This document shows positions 17,416 to 26,237 of a DNA stretch of 32,855 nt, piece after piece. Below the pieces are notes generated by a model. That model was not told where the DNA came from. It was given only the letters and a program-made list of their open reading frames with translations, and did no database searches. Origin of the DNA: a virus (Duplodnaviria; Caudoviricetes); IMG/VR virus record IMGVR_UViG_3300020543_000019, positions 1 to 32,855 of that record; one strand, given 5' to 3'. The position numbers and the translations under genes are program-made. Position 1 is the first letter of the stretch; each line of letters opens with the position of its first letter.

Positions 17416-18081
17416 TTAACTCCAGAGTTTATCAGCTACTTTAGTACCGAAATCGTCTTTAAACTTTTGTAAGTAAGGGTTTGTATCGTAAACTTTAGCT
17501 GCCATTTGGGATAAGCTCGGACCGTATATAGGTGTATAAGGTGTTCTTTTACCGTCTAAATCATCTCTAGTAGGTAAAACATCCCAAGTTAAACCACCTT
17601 CAAAATAGTTACGTCTTCTCCAAATACCTATTTTCTCTTTAACTTTTCCTCTAAAAGCTCCTTTTATAAGAGTTTTAGAATTTCTTTTAATAGAAACTAC
17701 AATAGCTTCCACTGGTTTCTTACGTTTAATTTTACCTTCAAGTCCTGGGGTAAACTTATTAGGAGCTATGAAAGGTGTAAATAAACCTGTACTTACAGTT
17801 GACCAAGGAAAATCACTTAGTTTTAAAGGCTTAGACTCATAAACTAACCCATTCTCTATAAAACCTAAACCTCTTTTTAAATTAGATTCAGTTCCTCCTA
17901 CAAGAACAGAGTTTAAACTTCTATTCCCTATAGAATAAGTTGCTTTAACCTGTGTACTTAGAACTGAATTTAATTCTCTAGCAACAGAACCTATGGCTTT
18001 CGCTACATCTTTCTCAAAGTTAGTTTGTTCAAAAGCTTGAACAATTTCATCTAATCCTGTAATCGTTGCGGTGAAAGCCAT
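17416..18081 (-). CDS. Putative tail completion protein (gpZ-like, basic)
   Basis: K/R-rich; IKGAF and PIYGPSLSQM motifs. Confidence 0.65.
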   Translation of the reverse strand: MAFTATITGLDEIVQAFEQTNFEKDVAKAIGSVARELNSVLSTQVKATYSIGNRSLNSVLVGGTESNLKRGLGFIENGLVYESKPLKLSDFPWSTVSTGLFTPFIAPNKFTPGLEGKIKRKKPVEAIVVSIKRNSKTLIKGAFRGKVKEKIGIWRRRNYFEGGLTWDVLPTRDDLDGKRTPYTPIYGPSLSQMAAKVYDTNPYLQKFKDDFGTKVADKLWS

Positions 18082-18093
18082 AGTTGTTCTACC

Positions 18094-19239
18094 TTACATT
18101 ACTTTCCAACTAACAGTTGAATTGATTTTGGTGTGCATGAATAAAGGAGCTGATTGACCTTGTAACCAAGGAGTACCAAACTCGTCTTCTACCCAAGAGT
18201 TCCAGAACATTTCAGTTGCTACGAAGTCTGCTGCGCCATGTTGAATAGCACCATAAGCTTGTACACCGTAGTTAGCAGCTGGAACCATAACTACCCAACC
18301 ATTAGGAATAAACTTAGTTAAGCTAGTAGATGCACTCGCAGTACCTTGATATGCTGCATTGTATGTCCAGATAGGAATACCAGCAATAGTGCCACGAAGT
18401 TTTAAACCTTCTTTAGATTGTTGTTTAGGTAACAACTCAACCAAGAAAGAAGAAGTAGTTGTGATTAAAGTTGAAATCACAGTTGCAAAACTAGCGTCTT
18501 TAGTTACTTCTAACCAAGCATCGTCAGACATATAAATCTTAGAGATAGGTTCCCAAGATGCGTCTAACATTTGTTGTAAGTCAGCAATAGGAGATACAGT
18601 TTTAGTACCACCTGTAGAACCCCAAGCACGTTTACCTGCGCCACCGTTATCAGTAATAACTGGTAAAGTAGAACCTGTAGGTAAGTTAACTGCAGTAGCT
18701 GTTAAGTTTGCACGGTTAGCGCGACCACCATTTAAACTTGCAGCGTCAGTTGCAATGTTTGGTTCTAAATCTACAAGAACAGAAGGATGTCTTTCTGAAG
18801 TAGCAACATAAGAACCAAAAAGTAAGATTTGTGATGCCATCCACTCAAGTAAACGGTCACGTTTAGCTTGCATTAACATCATGTTATCTTGTAATGCAGA
18901 AGCAATACGACCAGCATTAGAAGTAGGAACAGAAATCTGTTCACCAACTCTTCTTGCGCGAATGTTTCTGAAGTCAACTGTAGTTTTATCTTTCCAATAA
19001 GCTGGATAGAATACTTTAGTTTGGTAGCCACGAGCAACAGTTGGTTTAGCTTGTGCATCTGGAGCTACAAAGATACCAATACGCAAATCTGGAGAAACTT
19101 TATCTAAGTTAATAGTTTCAGTTTCAAAAGGTTGCATGATACCAAAGTTAGATTGTAACTCGGTAGGAGTTGGGTATTCACGGTCAGTAAGTGTACCGTA
19201 AATCTCATTTAATTCATAAGGAGTAGCAAAACGAGCCAT
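18094..19239 (-). CDS. Major capsid protein (lambda gpE family)
   Basis: FETETINLD, FVAP, FYPAYWKDK, RLLEWMASQIL..G, YGAI and QSAPL motifs. Confidence 0.93.
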   Translation of the reverse strand: MARFATPYELNEIYGTLTDREYPTPTELQSNFGIMQPFETETINLDKVSPDLRIGIFVAPDAQAKPTVARGYQTKVFYPAYWKDKTTVDFRNIRARRVGEQISVPTSNAGRIASALQDNMMLMQAKRDRLLEWMASQILLFGSYVATSERHPSVLVDLEPNIATDAASLNGGRANRANLTATAVNLPTGSTLPVITDNGGAGKRAWGSTGGTKTVSPIADLQQMLDASWEPISKIYMSDDAWLEVTKDASFATVISTLITTTSSFLVELLPKQQSKEGLKLRGTIAGIPIWTYNAAYQGTASASTSLTKFIPNGWVVMVPAANYGVQAYGAIQHGAADFVATEMFWNSWVEDEFGTPWLQGQSAPLFMHTKINSTVSWKVM

Positions 19240-19241
19240 TA

Positions 19242-19598
19242 TTATACCTCACCAGTATCTAAGAATGTTAAGGCAATCATACTACCTTCAACAAGTTTTT
19301 GTTTTAACAAGTTAGTGTTGATTGCTGAAGGAAATACTAACTGGTCAGCAAAGAAATCACCTGCAATATAAGCTTGAGCAGCTTGGTCAGCTGAAGTAGC
19401 ATCTACAGCGTAAAGTAAGATACCCGCTACTTTGTTAACACCAGCGTGTACTTTCCATTTACCAGCTGCATCACTTTCAAGAAGTGTGTATTGAGCTAGG
19501 TTTTGTCCAGTAACTACAGTACCAGTTTTAACTACTACATCTGGGTCTGAGCTAGCAAGAAGTCTTTTAGGGGTATATGTAAAAGTTTCGGCAGCCAT
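19242..19598 (-). CDS. Head decoration protein (lambda gpD-like)
   Basis: 118 aa between protease and capsid; AGILLYAVDAT...YIAGDF...LVFP. Confidence 0.88.
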   Translation of the reverse strand: MAAETFTYTPKRLLASSDPDVVVKTGTVVTGQNLAQYTLLESDAAGKWKVHAGVNKVAGILLYAVDATSADQAAQAYIAGDFFADQLVFPSAINTNLLKQKLVEGSMIALTFLDTGEV

Positions 19599-19999
19599 TA
19601 TTTAACTCCTTTAGAGATAGCGTGAGCAGCGGCAACAATATCTTTGATAGAGTAAGAAGAACCTTCAATCTCTACTTTAGTTTCAGTTGCATCGGTTGTT
19701 AAGTTTTTAGAAACAGTAGCTTCTACTGGAGCAGCTGTGTCAATAGCAGTTGAAGTGCCGATAGCATCAGCAATAGCAGTAAAGATGTCAACTGCATCTT
19801 CTTTAGCTGTACCAGCTGAGATACGTTTAGTAACTTGTTCAGCTGTAATTTTCAAAGTCTGACCTGCGCCTAAGATGTCAATACATCTTGCACGTTCATC
19901 AGCAATAGCTTTTGCTACAGTGTTAGTAACACTAGCTTGCAGTGTAGCTAACTCCGTATCTTTAGCACTAAGTTGAGCTTTCAACTCTTCTAGTGTCAT
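19598..19999 (-). CDS. Nested in-frame scaffolding protein (Nu3-like), 133 aa
   Basis: Internal GAGGTG RBS before ATG of MTLEELKAQ; coiled coil and ADERARC motif; mirrors lambda C/Nu3. Confidence 0.75.
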   Translation of the reverse strand: MTLEELKAQLSAKDTELATLQASVTNTVAKAIADERARCIDILGAGQTLKITAEQVTKRISAGTAKEDAVDIFTAIADAIGTSTAIDTAAPVEATVSKNLTTDATETKVEIEGSSYSIKDIVAAAHAISKGVK

Positions 20000-20839
20000 A
20001 ACATCACCTCGTTTAGTTGTTGAATTTAGATTTAAGTTTATAACTTCGTCCATAGAGGAAACAATTCCATCTATAAGACCTAACTCTAGTGCCTTATTCC
20101 CTAAGAAAGCATCAGCTTTCATGTTGACAATAGACTCTAAGGTTAATTGTGGGCGGTTCTTCGCCACTTCTGCATTGAAAAGACTATCAAGTTCAGCTAA
20201 CATCTCTGAATACTTATCGACAACAGCAGAAGATATTTGTTCATGTGGGTTGTAAATAGCTTTATCCTCTTTACTTCTAAGGATAGTATAACTATAGCCA
20301 TTAGCTTTGTCTGCTTCAGTAACATCTACTAGGGACATGATAACCCCAATAGAACCTACTGTAGAACTTTCCGTAGCATATACTTGTTGAGCGGCTGAAC
20401 CGATTGCATAAGCAGCTGAGGTCATAGAACCGTCAGTAAATGCAACTGTTTCAACACCGTAAGTGTCTGGTAAAGAAGCTATATAGCTTGAAAGTCCAAA
20501 TAGACCAGATACTTCCCCGCCAGGGCTGTCAATGTAGAATAAAATCTTACTTGCGCCTTTAGCTACTGCATTTTCTACTTGACCTTTAAGACTTGAATAA
20601 GAAGTAAAGCCAGATTCTCCAGCTCCTCCTTTAGAAACTAAACTGTCAAATACGTTAATTACCGAAGTCTTACCTTCAGTAGTTACAGTCTTATCTGTAG
20701 GATAAGCAACTCCAGAATCGAGAGCTTGTCCTGCTAATAACTTTAAACTCACATTACTAGAGATAACTTCTAGCTTATCTTGGCTAATAGCCAGAGGAGT
20801 ATTAATTAATCTTGTTAAAAGTCTATGATGTTTGTTCAT
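19598..20839 (-). CDS. Prohead protease, S49 family (lambda gpC-like), fused to scaffold
   Basis: IDSPGG, SAAYAIG and VGSIGV motifs; AAGGTGGG RBS supports ATG at 20839. Confidence 0.93.
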   Translation of the reverse strand: MNKHHRLLTRLINTPLAISQDKLEVISSNVSLKLLAGQALDSGVAYPTDKTVTTEGKTSVINVFDSLVSKGGAGESGFTSYSSLKGQVENAVAKGASKILFYIDSPGGEVSGLFGLSSYIASLPDTYGVETVAFTDGSMTSAAYAIGSAAQQVYATESSTVGSIGVIMSLVDVTEADKANGYSYTILRSKEDKAIYNPHEQISSAVVDKYSEMLAELDSLFNAEVAKNRPQLTLESIVNMKADAFLGNKALELGLIDGIVSSMDEVINLNLNSTTKRGDVMTLEELKAQLSAKDTELATLQASVTNTVAKAIADERARCIDILGAGQTLKITAEQVTKRISAGTAKEDAVDIFTAIADAIGTSTAIDTAAPVEATVSKNLTTDATETKVEIEGSSYSIKDIVAAAHAISKGVK

Positions 20840-20856
20840 ATACCCACCTTGGAAAT

Positions 20857-20901
20857 GATAACCCTTTATACTCTCTTTGAGCGAGAAAGTCAAGGGTTAT
20901 C
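20857..20901 (-). promoter_or_regulatory. Internal sigma70-type promoter inside a perfect 10-bp inverted repeat
   Basis: TTGACT (20893-20888)-17 bp-TATAAA (20870-20865); arms GATAACCCTT / AAGGGTTATC at 20857-20866 and 20892-20901, plus a 7-bp inner stem. Confidence 0.7.
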
Positions 20902-20913
20902 TGATTTATTTAC

Positions 20914-22359
20914 TTACATTCCAGCAGAATTAGGATTTGCTTTCACGTTCTTACTTTGTGCTGTATCTTTAACTATAGGTTCAAAGCTAACTCCACTTTG
21001 TTGCTGAATCTTTTTGTCCTCAACAATCTCCTCAACAGTCAAGTTTCTTTCTTCAAGTTTACTTTCCCAAGTAGCAAAACCAGACTGAACTTCTAATAGG
21101 TCAGCTTGAGCATCTTTCAAGTCATTAACGCCATACTTTCTTGGATATTGGAATGTAGGAGTTAAGTTAGCAAAACTCTTGTTACTATAAATAGCTACAA
21201 GTTCTTGAAAACGATTACAAAGAGGTTTCAAACCTAAGTTTACAATATAAAACTTATACATGAACTCTGCACGAGTCTTCATATCAATAGCTACTTGCTG
21301 TAGAGCTGAGAAACTAATTCCTGTAAGGTCTCCAGTTAGAACTTCATAAGTAAGTCCAGAAGCTTGAGCAATTTTATGTAGTTCAGCTTTGATAAGTTCG
21401 GGTAAGTTAGCTCCAATATCTGTACCTTGGTAGAAGTTAATATCTTCACCTTTGTTTAGATATTGGACACCTCCTCCAGAAGCTTGTGTAACCACTCTCC
21501 GCTGACCTGTAGACTTATCAATATCGTTTGGGTCGATACTGTTAAGAGCAGAACCGACAGAAACAGCGGCAGAAGGATTAGTATTGCGAACAACCCAGCT
21601 AATAGCTTGGGCAGCTTTTTGTTTAGCAACTGTAGCATCTGTTAGGTCATCCAGTTCATATAAAGGTAGAAGGATAGGAGCTAAGGTTGGAATACCTCTC
21701 CACTGTCCAGGTCTATCTCGGACAAATAGATGTAGAACTTCGTCAGCAGGTACTTCAACTTTTTCAATAGAATACAAATTAAACAGATTAAAGTTAGGAG
21801 TTCTTTTACTAAAGTAATAAATAACTGGTTTGCTATTCTCAAACTTAATACCATTACGGGTAGTTTGAGGAAACCCATTAGTAAAGTTAGGGTCTAAGTA
21901 CTCTGGCTCAATATTCTGAAGAACTAAAGGAATAGGATGACCAGCTCTTTTCTTAATCAACATTCTGCATAGAGCTTCTCCAGACTCAAACATAGCTCCG
22001 TTCCAAGCTTCTTGAGTATTGTCTAAAGTACCATAACCATCTAGGTTTGGGTCAGCTGCAAAAGTATCCCAGAGAGCTTGCATCTTTTTGTTAACTTTAC
22101 CTTTATCATCTTTCCACTTTACAGAGATAGCGTTAAGGTTGATTAGGTTTTTAGTTTTAGCTGTCTTTGCCCAACCATTATTTCTAACAGCATGATGTGA
22201 GCGTTGCCAGAGAAGGTTAAGTTCTCTAGCGGCAAGTAAATCAGACTCTCCAGTAATTAAACCTTTCTGCTCAAGTCTATAGTTAGTAACAGCACCATCA
22301 AAAGCTTGTTGAGTAGCTCTTGAGTAGTAGAATTCTTCTGAATCATAAGGTAAGGACAT
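20914..22359 (-). CDS. Portal protein, lambda family
   Basis: RSHHAVRNNGWA, ESGE, IEPEYL, RPGQWRGIP and YEVLTGDL..ISFS motifs. Confidence 0.95.
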   Translation of the reverse strand: MSLPYDSEEFYYSRATQQAFDGAVTNYRLEQKGLITGESDLLAARELNLLWQRSHHAVRNNGWAKTAKTKNLINLNAISVKWKDDKGKVNKKMQALWDTFAADPNLDGYGTLDNTQEAWNGAMFESGEALCRMLIKKRAGHPIPLVLQNIEPEYLDPNFTNGFPQTTRNGIKFENSKPVIYYFSKRTPNFNLFNLYSIEKVEVPADEVLHLFVRDRPGQWRGIPTLAPILLPLYELDDLTDATVAKQKAAQAISWVVRNTNPSAAVSVGSALNSIDPNDIDKSTGQRRVVTQASGGGVQYLNKGEDINFYQGTDIGANLPELIKAELHKIAQASGLTYEVLTGDLTGISFSALQQVAIDMKTRAEFMYKFYIVNLGLKPLCNRFQELVAIYSNKSFANLTPTFQYPRKYGVNDLKDAQADLLEVQSGFATWESKLEERNLTVEEIVEDKKIQQQSGVSFEPIVKDTAQSKNVKANPNSAGM

Positions 22360-22360
22360 A

Positions 22361-22630
22361 TTAGGCTCTGAATTTAGTTACGTTAAGAGGAATGTTAGTC
22401 ATAGTTCTAAACTGCATCTGAGGTTGAGCCTGTAGACTAGCTAACTCCTGTGTAAGTTCAGCTTGTTCAGCTTTAAGAACATCGTAGGTAATTTCTTGAT
22501 ACTGGAAGAGTCGTGTAAAGTCCCCAGAACCTAACCGAAGTTGAGTTAAGCGTTTACCAGCTATTAAATCTTGCAGAGCAGCATTAACAACTGCTAAATC
22601 TGCTTGTACTTCTATAAGTGTTCTAGGCAT
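22361..22630 (-). CDS. Head completion protein (gpW-like), 89 aa
   Basis: Lies between terL and portal; helix-hairpin-helix pattern (AALQDLIAGKR); GGAG RBS before ATG at 22630. Confidence 0.8.
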   Translation of the reverse strand: MPRTLIEVQADLAVVNAALQDLIAGKRLTQLRLGSGDFTRLFQYQEITYDVLKAEQAELTQELASLQAQPQMQFRTMTNIPLNVTKFRA

Positions 22631-24554
22631 TAAAGTCTCCAGATTCTGTAGTAACGTGTAAGTGTTGTTCCAACGCGGAAAAGTGGAAGTTGTTATAGTT
22701 TCTAATCTGTATAGCATAAGCAGCATGAAGAGCCATCTTCTCACAGTCAATAGCTTCTTTATGTTTACCTGCAATCAGCTTATACCCAGCTTTAGTTGTA
22801 TCTGTTTCAAATGTTTTTCTACAAGAAAGAACTCCTTCCTCGTAACCACCGTACATAGTTTCGCAGTGATAGTGTCTATCTCGATTACCTTTAAGGTTAA
22901 ACCTGCGAAGAACTTCCTCATGTGCGCGGTAAGCTCCCATAGGAAAGACATTCACACCCATAGTTTGAGCTAAAGTCTTTCTTTCTTGAGTACTTGAACC
23001 TACTTCCATAGTGTTTGGTTCGTTAAATATCTCATAGTTGTTGTATTTAAGTTCTCCAATACCTTTACAAGCAAAGATATGTTGATGTTTAAGGTTCATC
23101 TCTGAGACCCATCTATATACTAGTTCAGCTGTTGCCCCATCCCCAGAGTCAATAGAAGCAGCTGAGATGGTTAGGAACTTACCTTTGCCAGCTCCATGCG
23201 CCCATTTCTGAAAGATATAATCAGTTAGTTTACCCCAAACTGGGTCACTATAATCAAGTACATCTCCAAAGATTTCAATCCAGTTCACTAGCCAAGAGTT
23301 ACCGTTTCTACCCCAAGCTCTAGTTACTATAGCAAAACGATTATGCTGTACGTCAATACCTGCAGTAAGGATAAGACCTTCGTAAGGAACTACTGTTTCT
23401 GGGTAGTTTAGCCTTCTAGCTTTCATTTCATCTATACTCAAGCCAGCATTTAAAGGTACATAAGCTTCACCTTTAGAGTTATTAGTAAAACTTTTCATTA
23501 GACCTTCATGCCCATTGTCATATGCTTTTTGAGCTTTAAGTTTTTGTTTAGCTAGGTTTACAAGGGAAGAAGCTTCAAAGGAACTTAGCAACTCATTAAA
23601 GGCGAATCCATAAGTATCAGATACGCTAGGGTTAGAACTAACCCAACCCAGATTGTGATGGTCGAGAGCAGCAATAACATTTCGTTTCTTATCGTCATTG
23701 TTCCATATTCCTAAGCAAAAGGGACATTCATAATAAGCTGTTTCGGGGTTATATATCCCGTAGAACTCATCTATTCTTCTTTCCTGCCATTCATCACACT
23801 TTAAGTTATCAAAGTTTAGAGAATGAAACTCTCCGCAAAGATGACAAGGCACTAGGTAAACCATCTTATTACTTTGTTCATAAGCTAAATCTACTTGACT
23901 AAAGTCTTTGTCTGTAGGAGTTCCAGCATATATAAGTTTACTGTCTGAGAAGGACTTCATTCGTTGTTTAAGGATAGACATTCCATCCCCTTGATTATTA
24001 ACGTCTTTCTTAACACCATCTGGCTCTTCTACCACTACATAAGGTATTACAGAGGACTTTCCGTCTTCAGCTGTCCCCGCATTAGCTAAAACTAAGAAAC
24101 CTCCATCATAGGGGATATGCTTATGACTAACTTTAGCTAAACTTCCAATTTTCTCTTTAAGTACAGGTGTGTGTTTAATGTATGGTACTAACTTTTCTTT
24201 GTAGAACTTCTGAGCTGAAGCTGCTCTAGGAAAAGCTATCATTATATTTCTTGGGTCTAGGTCAATAGTTCTACCTATCCAGTTGTTAATAGTTTCTGTC
24301 CAAGCAATCTGAGCTGACTTCTTACCTACAATAACCATAATCTCTGGGTCATCAAGACACTCCATCACATACAGCATCCAAGGAGTTTCCATACAGTTCA
24401 TTTTTCCTGGACGTGAAGAAACGTCTGAGGTTAAGAACCTATTAGTTTCTGCCCACTCCCTAGTAGACATTCTATTTGGTTTTTTAAATAGCTGAAGAGC
24501 TTTCCCAAAGAAGAGTCTTTCTGCCCAGTTAGTGTCTAACTCAAGCATAGTCAT
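22623..24554 (-). CDS. terL: Terminase large subunit (lambda gpA family)
   Basis: KSAQIAWTE Walker A-like motif, VVVEEPD Walker B-like motif, GTPT, CxxC...CxxC, LTAGIDVQ nuclease motif, EAIDC. Confidence 0.95.
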   Translation of the reverse strand: MTMLELDTNWAERLFFGKALQLFKKPNRMSTREWAETNRFLTSDVSSRPGKMNCMETPWMLYVMECLDDPEIMVIVGKKSAQIAWTETINNWIGRTIDLDPRNIMIAFPRAASAQKFYKEKLVPYIKHTPVLKEKIGSLAKVSHKHIPYDGGFLVLANAGTAEDGKSSVIPYVVVEEPDGVKKDVNNQGDGMSILKQRMKSFSDSKLIYAGTPTDKDFSQVDLAYEQSNKMVYLVPCHLCGEFHSLNFDNLKCDEWQERRIDEFYGIYNPETAYYECPFCLGIWNNDDKKRNVIAALDHHNLGWVSSNPSVSDTYGFAFNELLSSFEASSLVNLAKQKLKAQKAYDNGHEGLMKSFTNNSKGEAYVPLNAGLSIDEMKARRLNYPETVVPYEGLILTAGIDVQHNRFAIVTRAWGRNGNSWLVNWIEIFGDVLDYSDPVWGKLTDYIFQKWAHGAGKGKFLTISAASIDSGDGATAELVYRWVSEMNLKHQHIFACKGIGELKYNNYEIFNEPNTMEVGSSTQERKTLAQTMGVNVFPMGAYRAHEEVLRRFNLKGNRDRHYHCETMYGGYEEGVLSCRKTFETDTTKAGYKLIAGKHKEAIDCEKMALHAAYAIQIRNYNNFHFSALEQHLHVTTESGDFNA

Positions 24555-25116
24555 TTACCTTTAGAGCTTCTTCAACTTCTTCTTCAGATTGTTCCAGTGA
24601 AAGTTCTTTTTCTAGCATAGATTGTACAAAGTACTCTGCGTCTGCATTAGCTTTAATAGCTACCTTTCTGCCAAGTCCACTTAGACTCTCTAGCATATTA
24701 TCAATGTCAGTTACTGTAGCAGGATGTTGACGCGCTAAATTAACTAGAGAGCTTCGGATAATCTGAAAGATAGGTTCAAATAGCTCTTTCATTTCATTTA
24801 CATCAAGTAGAAGTTCCTTTTCCTTTTTAATCTCAAGCCATTGAAGTTCCTCTTTGGCAATACCATTTCTAATATCTTGAGCTAGTTTAGCTTCGCCCAT
24901 AGAAGTTGACCGTGTGCTTACTTTCTTCTTATAATGATAAATGTATTGTTGGATGGACTCACGATAGCTAGCTGAGGTTCTTGAGGGCAACTTTCCATCT
25001 TGTCTTCCTTGATGAACCATAGATACAGGAATATCTAAAATACCAGCCAGAATTGCTGGACTAGCTTGAGCATCTATATCTATAATAGCTTTATTAGTTG
25101 GGTCTAAGGTGGTCAT
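24541..25116 (-). CDS. terS: Terminase small subunit (Nu1-like)
   Basis: N-terminal HTH (PAILAGILDIPVSMVHQ...GKLP) then coiled coil; overlaps terL; GAGGA RBS. Confidence 0.8.
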   Translation of the reverse strand: MTTLDPTNKAIIDIDAQASPAILAGILDIPVSMVHQGRQDGKLPSRTSASYRESIQQYIYHYKKKVSTRSTSMGEAKLAQDIRNGIAKEELQWLEIKKEKELLLDVNEMKELFEPIFQIIRSSLVNLARQHPATVTDIDNMLESLSGLGRKVAIKANADAEYFVQSMLEKELSLEQSEEEVEEALKVNDYA

Positions 25117-25147
25117 GTCGTCCTCGGCTAAGTTAAATTTTGTCCAG

Positions 25148-25176
25148 AATATACATTATTTTTATCTAAAAAGCAA
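25148..25176 (-). promoter_or_regulatory. Putative promoter for the packaging/head operon
   Basis: TTGCTT-17 bp-TATATT, enclosed by perfect inverted repeat TTAAATTTTG / CAAAATTTAA (25133-25142 / 25174-25183). Confidence 0.55.
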
Positions 25177-25223
25177 AATTTAAGCTAAAATAGTTATAAA
25201 AGTTTAAAATTAACCGAAATTGA

Positions 25224-25252
25224 TTGACTTGCGCGGTCAGTTATGTTACTAT
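25224..25252 (+). promoter_or_regulatory. Putative promoter for the fibre/lysis operon
   Basis: TTGACT-17 bp-TACTAT, 21 nt before ATG at 25274; the -35 box lies in an imperfect dyad (25221-25243). Confidence 0.65.
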
Positions 25253-25273
25253 CCAAGAAAATAGAGTGTTTAT

Positions 25274-25633
25274 ATGAAGTATCAAGCTTATGAACTAACT
25301 GTAGAACTTAAAGACCTCTGGGAAAGAGCTTTTAACAAAGAAGTTATAGTCTTAGACTTTACTGAAAAGCCAGAAGCTATTCTCCAGTGTCAGACTTTTT
25401 GGACTGCCTTACACAATTATAGAAGAAAAGTTAGAGCTAATAAGTTAAACCCTTTATATAAAGATGAATGGTCTAGGATTGAAAGAGCTACTCTTCGGAG
25501 AATAAACTTAACCTCATTCTGCTTACATAGAAAAAGTGGTCATAAGTTATCTAATAGAAGACAGGCTATAGAGAATAGACTTCCTTGGAATGACTTGAAA
25601 TTCCCTAAGTCAGTTACTTACTTACAGGTTTAG
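25274..25633 (+). CDS. Hypothetical basic protein, 119 aa
   Basis: First ORF of the divergent operon; R/K-rich; no recognised motif. Confidence 0.7.
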   Translation: MKYQAYELTVELKDLWERAFNKEVIVLDFTEKPEAILQCQTFWTALHNYRRKVRANKLNPLYKDEWSRIERATLRRINLTSFCLHRKSGHKLSNRRQAIENRLPWNDLKFPKSVTYLQV

Positions 25634-25635
25634 AT

Positions 25636-25869
25636 ATGCCAGATTTACCTTGCAGAGTCACTAGACTTGAAGTTAAACTAGATAATGAGACTGAAGATAG
25701 TAAAGAGTTTAGAGCTGAAATACGCCATGCTCTTTTGGAAATATCTGACTCAGTTCAAGTTATGAAAATGCAAAGAGAAAAGCAAGTAGGATTTATAGCT
25801 GGAGTTTCCGCAGTGATTGGTATTCTAGTAGCTGCTGTAGGTTATGTATTTAATAAATTTTATCAATAG
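25636..25869 (+). CDS. Coiled coil plus C-terminal transmembrane protein (XhlA/holin-like)
   Basis: RVTRLEVKLD heptads then GFIAGVSAVIGILVAAVGYVF TM helix. Confidence 0.6.
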   Translation: MPDLPCRVTRLEVKLDNETEDSKEFRAEIRHALLEISDSVQVMKMQREKQVGFIAGVSAVIGILVAAVGYVFNKFYQ

Positions 25870-25877
25870 AAGGTTTT

Positions 25878-26237
25878 ATGACTGCCGTTAAACTTAATCT
25901 TCCTCCTATAGAAAAAGGCGCAACTTATTCTCATGTTGTGTACTGGAGAGCCGCAGATAAAACTACAGCAATCAACCTCACAAACTGCACAGCTAAAATG
26001 CAAATCCGCCCTACAGTTGACAGCTCAGTTCTTCTTGGAGAACTAAGTACTGCAAATGGGAGAATAATCATTACAGGTTCTACTGGAAAGATTGAATTAG
26101 CTATTCCAAGTACAGATACAACTGGGCTTGTAGCTACTAAAGATGCAGTTTACGACCTTGAGGTCTATTACCCAGCTAAAACAGTCCGCTTGATTGAAGG
26201 TAAAGTAACTATTAAAGAGGAGGTTACTCGTGGCTGA
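25878..26237 (+). CDS. Beta-sandwich fibre adaptor/collar protein (BppU N-terminal / T5 p132-like)
   Basis: IEKGAT, INLTNCTAKMQIR, GKIELAI, AVYDLEV and RLIEGKVTI pattern; precedes the fibre gene. Confidence 0.65.
   Translation: MTAVKLNLPPIEKGATYSHVVYWRAADKTTAINLTNCTAKMQIRPTVDSSVLLGELSTANGRIIITGSTGKIELAIPSTDTTGLVATKDAVYDLEVYYPAKTVRLIEGKVTIKEEVTRG

Noticed and set aside
20825-22973. Short alternative-frame and antisense ORFs over portal, gpW and terL
   Set aside because: Overlap conserved essential genes; no supporting signals.
22623-24554. Intein or intron in the terminase
   Set aside because: 643 aa matches an uninterrupted gpA-type protein; no splicing motifs or frame breaks.
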